From the NCBI RefSeq assembly GCF_029872365.1, contig NZ_JARXOF010000001.1: a DNA stretch of 24,000 bases. One strand, written 5' to 3'. The notes beneath the pieces are model-generated. The model was given only the letters and a program-made list of their open reading frames with translations. It was not told where the DNA came from and did no database searches. How positions within the stretch are numbered: the stretch's first letter is position 1; each line of letters begins with the position of its first letter. The position numbers and the translations under genes were made by a program. Below are positions 23,209-24,000 of the stretch, piece by piece. The DNA is from Halobacterium rubrum. GTDB taxonomy: Archaea > Halobacteriota > Halobacteria > Halobacteriales > Halobacteriaceae.

Positions 23209-24000
23209 ATGCAGGGGAGTCTCCCCGGGGAACGTGACGTGACTGTCGTCGGCGGCGGCTTCGGTGGCCTCGCCGCGACGGCGTACCTGGCGCGCGCCGG
23301 CGCCGACGTGACGCTGCTCGAACGACACGACGCGGTCGGCGGCCGCGCCGGCGTCCTCGAACGCGACGGCTTCCGGTTCGACACCGGGCCGTCCTGGTAC
23401 CTGATGCCGGACGTCTTCGAGCGGTTCTTCGACCACTTCGACCGAGAGCCGGAGGATTACTACGACCTCGAACGGCTCGACCCCCAGTACAGGGTGTTCT
23501 GGAAGGACGGCGACTCGGCGACGATCGAACCGCACCGCCGGAACGCCCACGAGCTGTTCGAGTCCTACGAGGACGGCGCCGGCGACGCCCTCGAGGCGTA
23601 CCTCTCGCGGACCGCGCGGAACTACGAACTCGCGATGAACCGCGTGGTCTACCCGGACCGCACGAGCTTCCGGGACTACGCCAGCACGGAGATGCTGCCG
23701 CTGGCGCCCAGATTCCGGCTGTTCGGGAACATGGACGACTACGTCTCGCGGTTCTTCGACCACCCGAAGCTCCGCCAGCTCCTGGAGTACACGCTCGTGT
23801 TCCTCGGCGGCGCCCCCCACAACACGCCGGCGCTGTACTCCATCATGAGCCACGTCGACTTCGACGGGAACGTCTTCTACCCCGAGGGCGGCATCGCGGG
23901 CGTCGTGGACGCGCTCGCGGACCTCGCCGTCGAGCAGGGCGCGACCATCGAGACGGGCGTCGAAGTCGAGGGTATCCGGGGCGAGCGGGGCGAGTTCACG
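23209..24000 (+). CDS. crtI: Phytoene desaturase/dehydrogenase (CrtI family), N-terminal ~264 aa, 3' end truncated by the window edge
   Basis: This ORF is absent from the ORF track because it has no stop inside the window. My translation is MQGSLPGERDVTVVGGGFGGLAATAYLARAGADVTLLERHDAVGGRAGVLERDGFRFDTGPSWYLMPDVFERFF...PALYSIMSHVDF...FYPEGGI. It carries the FAD-binding GxGxxG fold and CrtI signature segments. A T-rich TATA-like TTTTTG at 23181-23186 lies about 26 nt upstream. Confidence 0.9.
   Translation, partial: MQGSLPGERDVTVVGGGFGGLAATAYLARAGADVTLLERHDAVGGRAGVLERDGFRFDTGPSWYLMPDVFERFFDHFDREPEDYYDLERLDPQYRVFWKDGDSATIEPHRRNAHELFESYEDGAGDALEAYLSRTARNYELAMNRVVYPDRTSFRDYASTEMLPLAPRFRLFGNMDDYVSRFFDHPKLRQLLEYTLVFLGGAPHNTPALYSIMSHVDFDGNVFYPEGGIAGVVDALADLAVEQGATIETGVEVEGIRGERGEFT

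Noticed and set aside
22597-23853. 418-aa minus-strand ORF overlapping the crtI region
   Set aside because: It is antisense to an open + strand frame whose translation carries the FAD-binding GGGFGG motif and CrtI-like segments. The + strand gene is missing from the track only because it has no stop inside the window.

Overview
GC-rich haloarchaeal chromosome segment. Gene content and protein sequences look Halobacterium-like, judged from memory of H. salinarum HtrII/SopII rather than from a search. Bases 1-9000 are a co-directional + strand housekeeping block: hemA (5' truncated), pterin-4a-carbinolamine dehydratase, a small conserved protein, a HAD hydrolase, Hsp20, an ABC1/UbiB kinase, a creatininase-family protein, a class I/II aminotransferase, aIF5A tightly coupled to agmatinase, and a NIF3-like protein. 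Bases 9078-12120 hold a clear htrII-sopII operon (sensory rhodopsin II and its transducer). Bases 12.1-22.9 kb look more accessory, with lower-GC intergenic spacers. They contain a Tat-secreted S8 subtilisin-like protease, a 280-aa heliorhodopsin (the standout call of the window), and a DUF4382-like Tat lipoprotein. They also contain a 709-aa Tat lipoprotein with a Vps62-like N-domain, a FemAB/GNAT-like acyltransferase, a cold-shock protein, aIF1A, a small uncertain ORF, and a 605-aa repeat-rich secreted glycoprotein. That glycoprotein carries a near-identical 495-bp tandem duplication plus 18-nt and 12-nt coding microsatellites. The window ends in a 3'-truncated phytoene desaturase (crtI). 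I found no tRNA, rRNA, CRISPR array, transposase or integrase. Many long ORFs in the track are antisense or out-of-frame artefacts of the high GC content. All family assignments come from motif recognition by eye and need HMM or BLAST confirmation.
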